Shown piece by piece: positions 61,789-64,000 of a DNA stretch of 64,000 bases. The stretch spans positions 4,402,001 to 4,466,000 of the forward strand of contig CDRNST010000006.1 of NCBI GenBank assembly GCA_977016875.1, given 5' to 3'. Below the pieces are notes generated by a model. It was not told where the DNA came from. It made no database searches and worked only from the letters and a program-made list of their open reading frames with translations. The DNA comes from Pavona decussata (lineage: Eukaryota). The translations under genes and the position numbers were made by a program. Position 1 is the stretch's first letter; each line of letters begins with the position of its first letter.

Positions 61789-64000
61789 TTATAGACCGCA
61801 TTGCTGTTCGGTAAGAGAACTGGCTATCTTGTGGATTGGCAGGTAGCGCATGTGCTTGCCGACGCCAAAGGCAACCCACAGCTCATCTAATTCCAACTTA
61901 CGCTCAAGTGCGATCGCCAATACAACCACGTCTGTATCAACGGTTCGCAAAAGAATCTTCTTCATACCATTCTCAGAGGCATGCTTTACATGAATGAATA
62001 TACGAGTATCTTTTTCCTCGTGATTACAAGGTGCCAGGCCCGTCTTGTCTATTGTGGTGGAACCGATTACATCCACACCCGCCGTGCTTAATACCACTAC
62101 ATCACTTGCTTCGAGAGATTGAACGCTTGCTGCGAGATACTGGAATAACTCCTTGTTGTCATTGAGCCTCAAAAACGGCTTCCAGTTTAAAGGAATTGCT
62201 GCATTGTCACACACACGTCTGCGAGCTCCTGTGCCTCTGGCCTCTCGAGTGCCTTGCTTTAGACTGTTCTCCAGGTAGCGATCCCACACCAAATCGATTC
62301 TCTTTACATTCTGTGTACGGTAACTGATGACGTAGGGGATAAAAACAGTTTCTGCATACTCCTTGAAGGTTTTGCACTTACCAGGGGACAGCATATTTAC
62401 AATAGCCGCACCATCTACAACAACAACATCAACCAAAGGACGCTCCAATGTTGTGTTAACTTCCACGCATGCGATCAGCTCCGATTTTTGTCCTGTTCGC
62501 ATCTTGCTATTGCAAGAAAGTGCAGGTGGACTTAAACTGTTTTCGTGCTTGAAGAATTCCTCGAGATTTCCCTCCCTTGCTTGGCAAGCAATATACAGCC
62601 TAGAAAAGAGGCGACAGTCACTCTTGAGATTGGCAAGTACATTACTGGTCTTACTTGATGGCCGTTTCTCTTGTGTGCCAAACAAAGGTAAGTTGCAAAG
62701 TCGTATTGTGTCAGTGATTGCTTTGGACCGCTTAGTAAGTCGCTCCTCAACATACGTGTCATACATTAACTGTCCCTTCTCTTCTTCTCTTTGGCTTCTG
62801 AAACAGCTTCCACAACAGATTTAGGAACGATTTCTTTAGTGTCCAGTACTAGGAGATCGGTATTTTTTTCTCTGAAAGGGTTTCCCATCTCGTCAATTAC
62901 TTCAATCAGGTTCTGAACGTCTTTGGCAAAGGCTTTCTGAACAGATGATACCTGTTCGTGGTGACACGTGTTAGCAGGTTTCCGTACTTCATATGCACTT
63001 TCGAATTCATTCACTGCTCTTGCTATTTCTGGTCCTGCTACTCTCCAGCACCGAAGGGCTGCAGGACTTTCTGTTAGTCCAACTGTCCCACCATCCCCTT
63101 TAATCATCTCGTTCTCCTGCTCGTGGTTGTGGTCTATAGCAATCTTGGAGAATATGTGCTGAGATTTCTGAACAACGAACTTTCCTTGTTCGAACTCGGC
63201 GAATACTGATGGGTGCTTCTCCTTCAGGTTGACCAAATCTCTGATGTGGATACGTAGCCATCTCACATAATGTCTTTGATCGAGAGCAAACATCCACAGA
63301 ACAAGCTGTGCAAGAATCTCTACGTACATGGAAAAGTTGCCTTCTCCTATAGACCTGACGAACTCGAGAACTAACAGTTCCAATTCAAGTGCTGTTGACC
63401 AGAAAAGAACACGGGGATGTGCCTCACACTGCTTCTGGATCCAGGTATTAAAATCATCTGGTTCCCTGATGGTTTCGATACTAGCCATGTAAGCCCGTCG
63501 CTGTAAGATGTATAGTGCGCATGCACTCACTTGATGTGCATAGCGAGATCTGGTTATGCGCACCGCTCTAAGTATAGCATCTGTCCTTCCACGGGATGTG
63601 ATGTCTGCCTGGACCAATGCGCTGACCCACCCACTGTTAGTTAACCAATGTCCGACCATCTTCATTGAGGCCTTCTCAATGTGAAGCCCACCCATCATCA
63701 CTACATAGCTGCTCTCCCCATACGTTTCTGCCTTTTCCCACTGGATCTGTTTTGCGAGAGAATAAAGGGGTTGGTCCATTCCAATGACTGGCGTCTGTCC
63801 CGGATTAATGTATGCGATCGCCTCCTTTACTAATTTGATAGAATGTTGGATCATTGCTTTACTGTGTGCGTCGTCTTCAAATAGGGGTAAAAGCGATGTT
63901 ATAGCAGTAGGTGAGAGAGGAGCGGTTTGCAAAGAAGCAAAGTGAGCAGACCACAACAGATATTCTCTCTCCTCTAGCTTTTCCTTCTCCAGCAGTTCCT
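61789..64000 (-). pseudogene. AcademX-type transposase + XPG/FEN-like nuclease (one frameshift near 62770; 3'-truncated; runs off the window)
   Basis: GMDQPLY..MMGGLHIE..SRYAH..DHNHEQEN..GDGG.VGLT; VVDGAAIV..DLVWDRY..PCNHEEKDTR..RTVDTDVVV. Confidence 0.8.

Overview
This is AT-rich eukaryotic (animal) DNA, most likely cnidarian or stony coral, judged from the transposon repertoire, GT-AG introns and (AAT)n microsatellites; the taxon is an inference. I found no intact host gene, rRNA, functional tRNA or CRISPR array. The window is a dense, nested transposon graveyard. DNA transposons include two ISL2EU/Harbinger-type THAP+DDE elements (one with its SWIM/YqaJ partner), two Crypton-like (DUF3504) remnants, two PIF/Harbinger elements, P-element-like transposase remnants, two AcademX-type remnants, several MITEs, a 6.3-kb Sola3-like foldback element and a decayed MULE-like transposase fused to an OTU protease. 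Retroelements include a Penelope-like fragment with a hammerhead ribozyme, several CR1/L2/Tx1 LINE fragments (one with a 2A-like motif) and a near-full-length Ngaro-type tyrosine-recombinase retrotransposon carrying an SGNH hydrolase, nested inside a MITE inside a Harbinger transposase. Family calls come from motif recognition by eye, not database searches. Boundaries without a quoted TIR/TSD are approximate.
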